A DNA stretch of 64,000 nt from Anaeramoeba ignava BMAN (lineage: Eukaryota > Protista > Anaeramoebae). Within the stretch, counting starts at the first letter, position 1, and each line of letters starts with the position of its first letter. The notes below the pieces were generated by a model. It was not told the DNA's origin, searched no databases, and saw nothing but the letters and a program-made list of their open reading frames with translations. The translations under genes were made by a program, and so were the position numbers. Location of the stretch: contig JAPDFW010000077.1 of the NCBI GenBank assembly GCA_028826165.1, forward strand, positions 1 to 64,000, given 5' to 3'. Positions 25,824 through 38,314 of this stretch are shown here, piece after piece.

Positions 25824-28363
25824 TCATTTTTGTTGATTATTTTCTTGAATTTCATTTTTTAATTGTGTTAAATTTTCATTAAATCTTTTTCCTCGATTTT
25901 TTTCAGTTTGAAATTCCAATTCAGTTTTTCGAATTTCTTTTTCTAATTGAGTAATTTCCTGAGTAACTTTTTCACAATTTTTAACAGTGTTTTTGAGTAA
26001 AGAAGAAGATTGAACCTTTTCTTTTGTAATTTGGTCAATTACTTTATTCTTTAATTGTTCAGTAACTTGAATTTCTTTTCTAATTTTCATCAATTCAGCT
26101 TCTTTTAAATGAATTTTTGATTTTAATTCTTGAATTTTTTTTCTTGAATCTAAACCATTTTCATCTCTTTGAATCTTCATTCTCAAAATTTCCGATTTAA
26201 TTGTTTGTAATTCTTTTTGTAATTCTGGAATTTTTTTTGATTGATTTTGATTTTGATTTTGATTTAATTTTTGATTTTGATTTTGATTTTGATTTTGATT
26301 TTGATTTTGATTTTGAGTTAATTTTTGAATAATTTGGTTTTTTTCTTCAATTTCTTTTTTGATTTTTGCTATTAAATTTTGAGCTTCTAAAATTTCTTTA
26401 TCAATTGAATTTTTTTGATTTGAATTTTTTTGATTTGAATTTTTTTCTTTTTTTTCAATATTTGAAAGTGAATTATTAAGTTCTTCAATTTTTATTTGAT
26501 CCTTAAGCATAATTGAATTGGCATAATTTAAAGCAATATCAAGATTTTTAGAAATGGTAATAATTGGCTTCAATTTATCAAAATAAATTTGATTGTCTCC
26601 TTGAATTTGTGATTCAAGTTCAGAAATCAAAGAAATCAAATTGCGATTTTCTTTTGTGAATTGTTTTGCTTCATGGTATTTCAAAATGCGAATATCTTTT
26701 GATATCAACTCTTGAATAAATAACGGAAGTGCTTTTTTTTCTTGGGTTATATTTTCGTCTGATTCTTTTTCATTTTGATTTAAAGAGAAGCTATCATACC
26801 ATTCTTCCAAAACCTCAAATTTGAGTGAAAAATTTTCCGAATTTAAATTATCAAGAAAAAAAAGCATTAATTCTTGATTATTCCATTTTTTATACAATTC
26901 AATGTATTTTTCTTCATTGATTTTTATGAGTTCATTTGTTAAATTGAAATCATAATGAAGTTTTAGTAATTCAAGTAATAAGTTTTCTTTTTTAGATTCA
27001 AGAAAATATAAAAATAATCCATTGCTTTCTGGTGTTTGAAAATGATGAATATTTTTTTTTGTAAGAAGTTGTTGTGATATTTGCTGAATTATATGTCTTT
27101 CGATATTTGTATTATTGGGATCCAAAATGATCTTTTTTTTCGAATTTATATTTTTTGGATTTAAATTTTTGAATTTATATTTTTTGATTTTAAATTTTTG
27201 GATTTTATATTTTTTGGATTTATATTTTTTGGATTTAAATTTTTTGAATTTAAATTTTTTGATTTTATATTTTTTGGATTTATATTTTTTCAATTATACT
27301 TTTGATACTTTTTAGGAAGATTAATTGATACTAATTTCCTTAATTCAAGTACTTTTGTTATTGCATTTGACCAAGTTTCAAAATCAGATTGTGATTCAGC
27401 TTGAAGTGAAATTTTTTCAGATCCATTAATTATTTGAATTATATTTTTATCATGAATTTTATTAATTGACATTTTCTAAAAGAAGAAAAAATTATTGATT
27501 TTTTTTTTCGAATTAATTTTTTTAATTAAAAGAAAAATTTTTTTTGCTTTTTTGCTTTTTTTACTTCATTAAATTTAATAAATTCATTAAGAGGTGTATT
27601 TGGACCATTTCCAGTTAAAATTTGATAATTATCTAATTCAAACCATTTTTTGGAAGAAAATTTTCTTCTTGAACTTTCTTTTTTTAAATAACCATTTAAA
27701 CGAATTAATCTTTCTGTTGGTTTCTAAAAAATTTTTTTTTTAATAAAAGATAATTGTTGTTTGTAAATTGAAATTTTGATTAATTAAAAGAAGAAAAATC
27801 AAACTTCTTCAGGAATTAAATGGCCTGTAAAAGAACCCACAGTAGCTTATTATTTATAAAAAATATAATTAGTTTTAATTTTAATTTTTAAATTTTAATT
27901 TTAATTTTAATTTTAATTTTAATTTCAATTTTAATTTTAATTTTAATTTTAATTTTAATTTTAATTTTAATTTTAATTTTAATTTTTAATTTTAATTTTA
28001 ATTTTAATTTTAATTTTAATTTTAATTTTAATTTTAATTTTTAATTTTAATTTTAATTTTAATTTTAATTTTAATTTTAATTTTAATTTTAATTTTAATT
28101 TTAATTTTGATTTTAATTTTTGATTTTAATTTTAATTTTAATTTTTAATTTTAATTTTAATTTTAATATTTGATTTTGAATTTTCTACCAATTTTCCAAC
28201 CAAGATAATAACATTCCATTTGAAAAGGAATTGAATTTTGGTCAAAAACAGCAGTAAAACCATGAAATTGATGTCTTCCTTGATGATAACGAAGAATTGT
28301 TTGATTATCAAGCTTTTTTTCTGGAGTTAACCAAATTCCAAGACTTTTTTCAAATTCTTCCAT
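25824..28363 (-). CDS. PH-domain plus long coiled-coil protein (5 exons)
   Basis: Exons 28363-28189, 27845-27805, 27723-27565, 27475 to about 27330-27355 (donor ambiguous) and 27131-25824. PH motif LNGYLKKESSRRKFSSKKWFEL...ISLQAESQSDFETWSNAITK. Confidence 0.75.
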
Positions 28364-28534
28364 TGTTTTTTTATGTTATTTTGATTTATTTTATTTTGAT
28401 TTTATTTTTTTTGGATTTTTCTATTTAAAAAGAAAGAGTAAAAAAATGAAAAATTAAAATTGAAAATTTTTTAAAAATTTTTTTTTGCTTTTTATTTTTC
28501 ATTTTTTTTCATTTTTTTTCATTTATTTTTCTTT

Positions 28535-31444
28535 ATGTCTTCTCAACCTTCTTTATCAACTAGAATTAAAGATTTTTTTTTTCAAATCCCAATTTGTGTT
28601 AGACTTATTTCATTGATTTGTACTTCAATTTATATTTATGAACTTTTAGGAACTCCTTTAACATCAAAGTATTGTTTTAATTGTTCTTTAATATTATCAA
28701 AACCTCTTCGATGTAAGAAATATAAAATTATATATTAAATTATTTATTAAATTATTTATAAAATTAATTATTAAATTATTAATAAAATTATTTATAAAAT
28801 TAAATATAAAATTAATTATAAAATTAAATATAAAATTAATTATAAAATTATTTATAAAATTAATTATAAAATTATTTATAAAATTAATTATAAAATTATT
28901 TATAAAATTAATTATAAAATTATTTATAAAATTAATTATAAAATTAATTATAAAATTATTTATAAAATTTATTATAAAATTATTTATTAAATTATTTATA
29001 AAATTAATTATAAAATTATTTATAAAATTAATTATAAAATTATTTATAAAATTAATTATAAAATTATTTATAAAATTAATTATAAAATTAATTATAAAAT
29101 TAAATATAAAATTTATTATAAAATTATTTATTAAATTAAATAAAATTATATAAAATTATTTAAAAAATTATTTATAAAATTAAAATATAAAATTAATTAT
29201 AAAATTATTTATAAAAATTATTTATAAAATTATTTATAAAATTATTTATTAAATTAAATATAAAAATTAATTATTAAATTATTATAAAATTATTTATTAA
29301 ATTATTTATAAAATTAATTATAAAATTAATTATAAAATTATATATAAAATTATTTATTAAATTATTTATAAAATTAATTATAAAAATTATTTATAAAATT
29401 ATTTATAAAATTATTTATAAAATTAAATATAAAATTAAATATAAAATTAAATATAAAATTATTAAATTATTAAATTTATTATAAAATTATTTATTAAATT
29501 ATTTATAAAATTATTTATAAAATTTATTATAAAATTATTTATAAAATTAATTTATAAAAAAATTATTTATAAAATTATTTATAAAATTATTTATAAAATT
29601 ATTTATAAAATTATTTAATATTATTATAAAATTATTAATTAAATTATTTATAAAATTAAATATAAAATTATTTATAAAAATTAAATATAAATTATTTATA
29701 AAATTAATTATAAAATTAATATAAAATTAATTATAAAATTAATTTATAAAATTAAATATAAAATTATTTATAAAATTAATTATAAAATTATTTATAAAAT
29801 TAATTATAAAATTATTTATAAAATTATTTATAAAATTATTAATAAAATTATTAATTAAAATTATTTATAAAATTAAATTATTAATAAAATTATTTATAAA
29901 ATTATTTATAAAATTAAATATTAAATTATTTATAAAATTAAATATTTATAAAATTAATTATAAAATTATTTATTAAATTATTTATAAAATTAATTATAAA
30001 ATTAATTATAAAATTAATTTATAAAATTATTTATAAAATTAATTATAAAATTATTTATAAAATTAAATATAAAATTATTTATAAAATTAATTATAAAATA
30101 AAATATAAAATTAAATATAAAATTATTTATTAAATTTTATATAAAATTAATTATAAAATTAATTATAAAATTATTTATAAAATTATTTATAAAATTAAAT
30201 ATAAAATTAAATATAAAAATTAAATATAAAATTTATTATTAAATTATTTATAAAATTATTTATAAAATTATTTATAAAATTAAATATTAAATTATTTATA
30301 AAATTATTTATAAAATTATTTATAAAATTATTTATAAAATTATTTATAAAATTATTTATAAAATTATTTATAAAATTATTTATAAAATTAAATATAAAAT
30401 TAATTATAAAATTAAATATTAAATTATTTATAAAATTAAATATAAAATTATTTATAAAATTATTTATAAAATTAAATATAAAATTATTTATTAAAATTTA
30501 TTTATAAAATTATAAAATAGTTTATCGAATTTTGACTTCACCATTTCTTCATTTAGGATTTCTTCATATTTTCTTTAATCTATTCACTTATATTCCAATT
30601 GGTTCATCTCTTGAAAGAATAATAGGAACAATTAATATGTTCTTTTTAACAATTTTATTCATTATTATTTCAAGCATTATTTACATTTTCGTGGCAACTC
30701 TTTTGAGATATACAGGATATAGTGATCCTTATTTTTCTTGTGTTGTTGGATTTTCTGGTGTTATTTTTGGATTGATAGTTATTCAAACAAAATTATCAAA
30801 TCAAGATTATTATAATATTTTTGGATTATTTAATGTTCCAGCAAAATATTATCCTTGGGTTTTGTTGATTCTCTTGCAACTTTTAATGTCCAAAGTATCT
30901 TTTGTTGGTCATTTGGCTGGAATTTTAGTTGGTTATTTATGTAAATTCTAAAATATTTCCAAAAACATGGAAATTAAAAAAAAAATATTTAAAAAATTTT
31001 CCAAAACATGAAAATTTCAAAACAAAATAATTTTTGATAGATGTTCTTGGTTTTATGAACTTTTTATTCTTTAAAGAACAAACAGTCCTTAAAATTGAAT
31101 CATGGAAAGTTTTTAGTTGGTTAAAAAAAATGAGAAGTTATATTCCTGGAGGTTCAGCAACTCTTTTTGAAAATGAACTTCTTCCTCATCTTTTTCAAAA
31201 TCAAAATCAAAATCAAATTCAAAATAACCAAATTCAAATTCAAAATCAAAATCAAAATCAAAATCAAAATCAAAATCAAAATCAAAATCAAGATCAATAT
31301 TTCAAAGGAAAAGGTCAACAATTAGGAAATTTAACTTCTGAAAAAGAAGTTATTCAATTTAGTAAATTAAAAAAGGAAAAAAATCAAGAACAAAATGAAG
31401 AATTAATCAAAAAAGATGAAGTTGAAAAAGAAGATACAGATTAA
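28535..31444 (+). CDS. Rhomboid intramembrane serine protease, RHBDL4/RHBDD1-like, with C-terminal SHP box (3 exons)
   Basis: Exons 28535-28712, 30521-30940 and 31041-31444. Motifs YRILTSPFLH...HIFFN, catalytic GFSG and GHLAG, and FKGKGQQLG. Confidence 0.88.
28713..30520 (+). repeat. 1.8-kb rhomboid intron 1 consisting of 13-bp pure-AT repeat (aaaatta[t/a][t/a]tat a)
   Basis: Bounded by GTAAGA...AATAG; essentially no G or C inside. Confidence 0.9.
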
Positions 31445-31543
31445 ATTTTGAAAAGAAAAACAAAATAATATTTCAAATTTTTTTTTTTTGGAAATTCTTC
31501 TTCATTTTCTTTCTAAAAAAAAAAGGAAAATTGAATTTTTTTT

Positions 31544-34273
31544 TTATAATTTATATTTTGGGTTTAATTGAACTTTTTGAGTCTTTTTATCAACAAATAC
31601 AATTTTATTTTTTCGAGCATTTTCAACATATTTGGAAACAAATCTTTTTCTTCGATTTTTAGATTTAATTATTTGTCCAATTCTTGAAAAATCTGATTCA
31701 AAATTTTTGGAATTAAGAAGAAGTTGAATAAGTGGTTTAAAATCTTGATCTGAAATCAAATGTGTTACAATCGTTTTTGAATTAATTTTTAAATCAATTT
31801 TTGAATTATTTTTTAAATCAATTTTTGAATTTGTTTTTGAATCAATTTTTGAATCAATTTTTGAATCAATTTTTGAATTATTTTTTGAATTGATTTTTGA
31901 ATTAATTTTTGAATTGATTTTTGGATTGTTTTTTGAATTTGCTTTTAAATTATCTTTTAAATTATCTTTTAAATTGTTTTTTGAATCAATTTTTAAATTT
32001 GTTTTTGAATCAATTTTTGAATTGATTTTTGAATTGTTTTTTGAATTATTTTTTGAATTTGTTTTTAGTTTTTTAAGTGGTTGAACTTCTTCTCCATTTT
32101 TGTGATGATTATTTGAATATGAATGTGAATTTGAATGAGAATGTGAATGTGAATGTGAATGAGAATATGAATGTGTATGTTTAGAATCATGTTTATCTTT
32201 ATCTTTATGTGATTTTTCTTGTTTTTCTTTTTCTTTTTCATGTTTCCTTTTATGTTTGTTTTTATGTTGATTTTGAATTTGAATTTGATTTTGGATTTGA
32301 TTTTGATTTTTATTTTGATTTTGATTTTTATTTTGATTTTGATTTTGATTTTGATTATTTTCAATTTGATTTTGATTTTGGATTTGATTTTTGTTTTTAT
32401 TTTTATTTTGATTTTGATTTTGGATTTGATTTTCATTTTGATTTTGATTTTGAATTTGATTTTCATTTTGATTTTGGATTTGATTTTTATTTTGATTTTG
32501 ATTTTGATTTTGATTTTCATTTTGATTTTGATTTTGATTTTTGATTTTCATTTTGATTTTGATTTTGATTTTGATTTTGATTTTGATTTTGATTTTGATT
32601 TTGATTTTGATTTTCATTTTTATTTTGATTTTGATTTTGATTTTGATTTTCATTTTCATTTTCAATTTGATTTTGATTTTGATTTTCATTTTGATTTTCA
32701 ATTTGATTTCCAATTTCAATTTGATTTTTATTTTCAATTTCATTTTGAATTTGAATTTGATTTTGATTTTGATTTTGATTTTTATTTTCATTTTGATTTT
32801 GGTTTTGATTTTGATTTTGATTTTGATTATTTTGATTTTCAATTTCAATTCCATTTTCATTTTGAATTTGATTTTGAATTTGATTTTCAATTTGATTTTG
32901 ATTTTGATTTTGATTTTGATTATTTTGATTTTGATTTTGATTTTGATTTTGATTTTGATTTTGATTTTGATTTTGATTTTGATTTTGATTTTGATTTTGA
33001 TTTTGATTTTGATTTTGATTTTGATTTTGGTTTTTAATTTGATTTTGATTTTGATTTTGGTTTTTAATTTGATTTTGATTTTGATTTTGATTTTGATTTT
33101 GATTTTGATTTTGATTTTGATTTTGATTTTGATTTTGGTTTTCAATTTGATTTTCAATTTCAATTCCATTTTCATTTTCAATTTCAATTCCATTTTCATT
33201 TTCAATTTCAATTCCATTTTCATTTTCAATTTCAATTCCATTTTCATTTTGATTTTCAATTTGATTTTGATTTTGATTTTGAATTTGATTTTGATTTTGA
33301 TTTTGATTATTTTGAATTTGATTTTCATTTTGATTTTGATTTTGATTTTGATTTTGAATTTTATTTTCATTTTGAATTTGATTTTGATTTTCATTTTCAT
33401 TTTGATTTTTTGATTTTGATTTTCATTTTGATTTTGATTTTGATTTTGAATTTGATTTTGAATTTTATTTTCATTTTGATTTTGGTTTTGGTTTTTATTT
33501 TGATTTTGGATTTGAATTTGATTTTCATTTTGAATTTGATTTTCATTTTCATTTTCATTTTGATTTTCAATTCCATTTTCAATTTCAATTCCATTTTCAA
33601 TTTGATTTTCAATTTGATTATTTTCAATTTGATTTTCATTTTGATTTTCAATTTGATTTTCATTTTGATTTTCAATTTCAACTTGATTTTGATTTTGATT
33701 TTCAATTTGATTTTCATTTTGAATTAAATTAAAATTAAAATCTAGAAGATGATAACAAAAGGGGTTATGATGAATTAAATCAGAAACAGAATCTTTAAAA
33801 TTAAAAGTCTGAATTTGAGAAAAAGAAGGAGGCCATTGAAAAATTTGGTTTTCAGTAACAGAAGTTTTAAGAACAATAGGAGAATGAATAGAGCACATCA
33901 AAGAAATCGAACAACCGATTCCTCTTAAATAAAAAAGAGATTTTGCAAACTCAATTCTAGAAGTAATCATAATGATTTTGATGGGAATCAAAGGAGGAAA
34001 TGGTGTTGAAACATCAGCTCTTCCTTTTGTTTCCAAAACAAATCCATACAATTCAATCATTAATTCAAAATGATTTGCTAATAAAGTTAAATAATGAATT
34101 TCTTCAATTAAATTTTTCTGTTTTTCCGTTATTTTTGTTGATGAAATGTATATTTGTTTTAATTTTCCATAATTTTGACTAAAATATTTTAAACTTATTA
34201 TTAAATCATTCAGATGATGACTTTGTTCTGGTTCGCATGAATCCATATCCCAAAATATTCCAACACTTGCCAT
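31544..34273 (-). CDS. NYN (LabA/MARF1-type PIN-like) domain protein with long N/Q/E tract, His-rich patch and C-terminal winged-helix/LOTUS-like domain
   Basis: [11 protein letters not shown]-terminal motif and [24 protein letters not shown]. The (KI)n part of the ORF track is probably two compensating frameshifts (about 33410 and 32540) in an (NQ)n tract. Confidence 0.7.
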   Translation of the reverse strand: MASVGIFWDMDSCEPEQSHHLNDLIISLKYFSQNYGKLKQIYISSTKITEKQKNLIEEIHYLTLLANHFELMIELYGFVLETKGRADVSTPFPPLIPIKIIMITSRIEFAKSLFYLRGIGCSISLMCSIHSPIVLKTSVTENQIFQWPPSFSQIQTFNFKDSVSDLIHHNPFCYHLLDFNFNLIQNENQIENQNQNQVEIENQNENQIENQNENQIENNQIENQIENGIEIENGIENQNENENENQIQNENQIQIQNQNKNQNQNQNENKIQNQIQNQNQNQNENQNQKIKMKMKIKIKFKMKIKFKIKIKIKIKMKIKFKIIKIKIKIKFKIKIKIKLKIKMKMELKLKMKMELKLKMKMELKLKMKMELKLKIKLKTKIKIKIKIKIKIKIKIKIKIKIKLKTKIKIKIKLKTKIKIKIKIKIKIKIKIKIKIKIKIKIKIKIKIKIKIIKIKIKIKIKLKIKFKIKFKMKMELKLKIKIIKIKIKIKTKIKMKIKIKIKIKIKFKFKMKLKIKIKLKLEIKLKIKMKIKIKIKLKMKMKIKIKIKIKIKMKIKIKIKIKIKIKIKIKIKIKMKIKNQNQNQNENQNQNQNQNKNQIQNQNENQIQNQNQNENQIQNQNQNKNKNKNQIQNQNQIENNQNQNQNQNKNQNQNKNQNQIQNQIQIQNQHKNKHKRKHEKEKEKQEKSHKDKDKHDSKHTHSYSHSHSHSHSHSNSHSYSNNHHKNGEEVQPLKKLKTNSKNNSKNNSKINSKIDSKTNLKIDSKNNLKDNLKDNLKANSKNNPKINSKINSKINSKNNSKIDSKIDSKIDSKTNSKIDLKNNSKIDLKINSKTIVTHLISDQDFKPLIQLLLNSKNFESDFSRIGQIIKSKNRRKRFVSKYVENARKNKIVFVDKKTQKVQLNPKYKL

Positions 34274-34370
34274 TTAATTTTATTTATAATTGTTTTTGAT
34301 TTTATATTTTGAAAAATAAAAAAAAATTTTTTTTAATTTTTCATTTTTTTCATTTTTTTCTTTTTAAAAA

Positions 34371-36119
34371 ATGAATGATTGTTTATTTTTTGGTTCAAAT
34401 CATCAACTAAAATTTTTCAGAACTCAACCACAAAAAATAACAAAACCAATTCAATTTAAATTTCCATATTCATTAAATGAAAAACAAATCAAACAAGTTC
34501 AATCAAGTTATTTAACAATTTTCCTTTTTGAAAACGGAGAAGCATTTGAATATGGAATATATGCAAATTATCCTGAAGAAATCCAAATTGAAAATATTCA
34601 AAAAGTAATTGTTGGTGCTCAAAATGCAGGTATTTTAACAAAAGAAGGAAATTTATTTGCAAAAGGATATCAAATCTTTCCACAAAATCCAAAAGAATTG
34701 ATCAATATTTCATCATTAATTGAAGATACAAATGATAGAATAATTCAAGATGTAATTTCTGGATCTTATTCAATTTACTTATTAACTTCAAATCAAAATG
34801 TTTATGGAATTGGTGATAATTCATATGGTCAACTTGGTTTTGATTCTAAAACACTTAAAAAAACAGAAAAACCAATTTTAATGATGAAAAATGTTTCTAA
34901 AATATTTTCAGGAAATTCTTCAGCTCATGTTTTTCTTTTAAATTCAAATCAAGAATTATTTGGATGCGGTTACAGTGAATATGGTCAACTTGGATTAGGA
35001 GAATCAATAATAGAAGAAAAAGATATCCAAAAATTAACCAAAATCCAAAATATTCCAAAAGGTAAAATAATTGATATTCAATGTGGATATTCTTATTCAA
35101 TAATGTTGATTGAAGATGAAAATCGCAAAAGAAAACTTTATTCATGTGGAGAATGGGAATATAATGGACTTGGCAAATATGAAAATACTTATGAATTTAC
35201 TGAAATCAAATCATCTTTATTTGAAAATGATAATATTCTTGATTTTTCTGTTGGAAATATGCATACTTTGATTTTAACTTCTAATTCAAAATTAATTGGA
35301 TTTGGAGATAATTCTCATGGCCAATTAGGAAATGGAAATACACAAAATCAATTAATTCCAATTCAAATTGAACTTCCTAAATTAAAATTTAATGAAAATA
35401 TTTCCAATTATCATTTTCACTGTGGATATCTTAAATCATTTATTTATTATTATCCTTCTTTTTCCAATCTTGAAGAAGATTTGATAAAATTATTTAGAAG
35501 AAAAGAATTTTGTGATATTTCATTTAAAACCAAAAATGGAGAAATAATTGAAGCTCATAAATTAATATTGAAATATAGATTAAAAAATCAAAATCAAAAT
35601 CAAATTGAAAAACTTCAAGAAATTATTTCAAATAAATCAATTAAAGAATCAAATCAAATATTTGAAATGATTTATTCAAACAATTCCAAAATAAATCCAA
35701 AATTATATTCAGAAATTAAAGAAATTATAAATTCAAATGAAAAAATTGAAGAAACAATGAAAAGAATTTATTTAAATGAAAATGAAAATGAAAATGAAAA
35801 AGATTTTATAATTGAAAGAAAAGAAAAACAATATAAATTCCCAAAATTAATATTAATAATGAGAAGTGAATTATATCGAGGAATGTTTTTATCTGTAACA
35901 AATGATACTTCAAATAAAGTTACAGATTATAGTGAATTAAGTAATAAATCATTTCAAATATTTGAATATTGGATTTATTCAAATCAAATTAAAGAAGGAA
36001 TTCAAATTACACAAGAAATAATTAATGAATTTGAAAGAGGAATTGATTATTTTCAATTAAATCAAACAAATCCAAATTTATTTGATTTATTAATCAACAA
36101 ATTTAATAATAAAAATTAA
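34371..36119 (+). CDS. RCC1-like propeller plus tandem BTB protein, tandem paralog A
   Basis: GDNSYGQLG, GYSEYGQLGLG and GDNSHGQLGNG; BTB motifs FCDISF...IEAHKLILKYR and KDFII...LILIMRSELYRGMF. Confidence 0.92.
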   Translation: MNDCLFFGSNHQLKFFRTQPQKITKPIQFKFPYSLNEKQIKQVQSSYLTIFLFENGEAFEYGIYANYPEEIQIENIQKVIVGAQNAGILTKEGNLFAKGYQIFPQNPKELINISSLIEDTNDRIIQDVISGSYSIYLLTSNQNVYGIGDNSYGQLGFDSKTLKKTEKPILMMKNVSKIFSGNSSAHVFLLNSNQELFGCGYSEYGQLGLGESIIEEKDIQKLTKIQNIPKGKIIDIQCGYSYSIMLIEDENRKRKLYSCGEWEYNGLGKYENTYEFTEIKSSLFENDNILDFSVGNMHTLILTSNSKLIGFGDNSHGQLGNGNTQNQLIPIQIELPKLKFNENISNYHFHCGYLKSFIYYYPSFSNLEEDLIKLFRRKEFCDISFKTKNGEIIEAHKLILKYRLKNQNQNQIEKLQEIISNKSIKESNQIFEMIYSNNSKINPKLYSEIKEIINSNEKIEETMKRIYLNENENENEKDFIIERKEKQYKFPKLILIMRSELYRGMFLSVTNDTSNKVTDYSELSNKSFQIFEYWIYSNQIKEGIQITQEIINEFERGIDYFQLNQTNPNLFDLLINKFNNKN

Positions 36120-36500
36120 AATTAAAATTAAAATTAAAATTAAAATTAAAATCAAAATCAAAATTAAAATAAAACCAAATTCAAATTCAAATTAAAATTA
36201 AAATTAAAATTAAAATTAAAATTAAATTTAAAATTAAAATTAAAATTAAATTTAAAATTAAAATTAAAATCAAAATCAAAATTAAAATAAAACCAAATTC
36301 AAATTCAAATTAAAATTAAAATTAAAATTAAAATTAAAATTAAAATTAAAATTAAAATTAAAATTAAAATTAAAATTAAAATTAAAATTAAAATTAAAAT
36401 TAAAATTAAAATCAAAATTAAAATTAAAATTAAAATTAAAATTAAAATTAAAATCAATTAAATTAAAAATTAAAATTAAAATTAAAATCAAAATTAAAAG
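36120..36500 (+). repeat. (AAAATT)n microsatellite directly 3' of stop codon
   Basis: Direct. An equivalent array lies at 38315-38820 after paralog B. Confidence 0.9.
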
Positions 36501-36586
36501 TTCCAAATTAAAAATTAAGATTAAATTAAAAAGAAAAAAAAATTTTTTTTAATTTTTCATTTTTTTCATTTTTTTCTTTTCAGAAA

Positions 36587-38314
36587 ATGAATGATTGTTT
36601 ATTTTTTGGTTCAAATCATCAACCATTTTTTTTCCAAGATCAACCACAAACAATAACACAACCAATTCAATTTAAATTTCCATATTCATTAAATGGAAAA
36701 CAAATCAAACAAGTTCAATCAGGTTATTTAACAACTTTTCTTTTTGAAAACGGAGAAGCATTTGAATATGGAATATATGCAGATTATCCTGAAAAAATCC
36801 AAATTGAAAATATTCAAAAAGTAGTTGTTGGTGCTCAAAATGCAGGTATTTTAACAAAAGAAGGAAATTTATTTGGGAAAGGATATCAAATATTTCCACA
36901 AGATCCAGAAGAATTGATCAATATTTCATCATTAATTGAAGATACAAATGATAGAGTAATTCAAGATGTTGTTTCTGGATATAATTCAATTTACTTATTA
37001 ACTTCAAATCATAATGTTTATGGAGTTGGTGATAATTATTATGGTCAACTTAGTGCTGATTCTGGAATACTTAAAAAAACAGAAAAACCAATTTTAATGA
37101 TGAAAAATGTTTCTAAAATATTTTCAGGAATTACTTCAGCTCATGTTTTTCTTTTAGATTCAAATCAAGAATTATTTGGATGTGGTTACAGTGAATATGG
37201 TCAACTTGGATTAGGAGAATCAAGAAAAGAAAAAAGTATCCAAAAATTAACCAAAATCCAAAATATTCCAAAAGGCAAAATAATTGATATTCAATGTGCA
37301 TACCGATATTCAATAATGTTGATTGAAGATGAAAATCGCAAAAGAAAACTTTATTCATGTGGACTTCATCTATTTAATGGACTTGGCAAAGAAGAAGATA
37401 CTTATGAATTTACTGAAATCAAATCATCTTTATTCGAAAATGATAATATTCTTAAGTTTTCTGTTGGAAATGATCAAAATTTGATTTTAACCTACAAAGG
37501 TAAATTAATTGGATTTGGAAGAAATGGTGATGGTGAATTAGGAAATGGAGATACAAATAATCAATTAATTCCGATTCAAATTGAACTTCCTAAATTAAAA
37601 TTTAATGAAGAAATTTACAATTATCATCTTCATTGTGGTTCTCAGAAATCATTTCTTTATTATTATCCTCCTTCTTTTTCCAATCTTGAAGAAGATTTGA
37701 TAAAACTATTTAGAAGAAAAGAATTTTGTAACGTTTCATTTAAAACAGAAAATGGAGAAATAATTGAAGCTCATAAATTAATATTGGAATACAGATTAAA
37801 AAAGAATCAAATTAAAAAACTTCAAAAAATTATTTCAAACAAATCAATTAAAGAATCAAATCAAATATTTGAAATGATTTATTCAAACAATTCTAAAGTT
37901 AATCCAAAATTATATTCTGAAATTAAAGAAATTATAAATTCAAATGAAAAAATTGAAGAAACAATGAAAAGAATTTATTTAAATGAAAAAGAAAAAGATT
38001 TTATTATTGAAAGAAAAGAAAAACAATATAAATTCCCTAAATTAATATTAATAATGAGAAGTGATTTATATCGAGGAATGTTTTTATCTGTTACAAATGA
38101 TACTTCAAATAAAGTTACAGATTATAGTGAATTGAGTAATGAATCATTTGAGATATTTGAATATTGGATTTATTCAAATCAAATTAAAGAAGGAATTCAA
38201 ATTACACAAGAGATGATTGACGAGTTAGAAAGGGCAATTGATTATTTTCAATTAAATCAAACAAATCCAAATTTATTTGATTTATTATTCAAGAAATTTA
38301 ATAATCAAAATTAA
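36587..38314 (+). CDS. RCC1-like propeller plus tandem BTB protein, tandem paralog B
   Basis: Colinear and highly similar to 34371-36119, including the 5' flank. Confidence 0.92.
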   Translation: MNDCLFFGSNHQPFFFQDQPQTITQPIQFKFPYSLNGKQIKQVQSGYLTTFLFENGEAFEYGIYADYPEKIQIENIQKVVVGAQNAGILTKEGNLFGKGYQIFPQDPEELINISSLIEDTNDRVIQDVVSGYNSIYLLTSNHNVYGVGDNYYGQLSADSGILKKTEKPILMMKNVSKIFSGITSAHVFLLDSNQELFGCGYSEYGQLGLGESRKEKSIQKLTKIQNIPKGKIIDIQCAYRYSIMLIEDENRKRKLYSCGLHLFNGLGKEEDTYEFTEIKSSLFENDNILKFSVGNDQNLILTYKGKLIGFGRNGDGELGNGDTNNQLIPIQIELPKLKFNEEIYNYHLHCGSQKSFLYYYPPSFSNLEEDLIKLFRRKEFCNVSFKTENGEIIEAHKLILEYRLKKNQIKKLQKIISNKSIKESNQIFEMIYSNNSKVNPKLYSEIKEIINSNEKIEETMKRIYLNEKEKDFIIERKEKQYKFPKLILIMRSDLYRGMFLSVTNDTSNKVTDYSELSNESFEIFEYWIYSNQIKEGIQITQEMIDELERAIDYFQLNQTNPNLFDLLFKKFNNQN

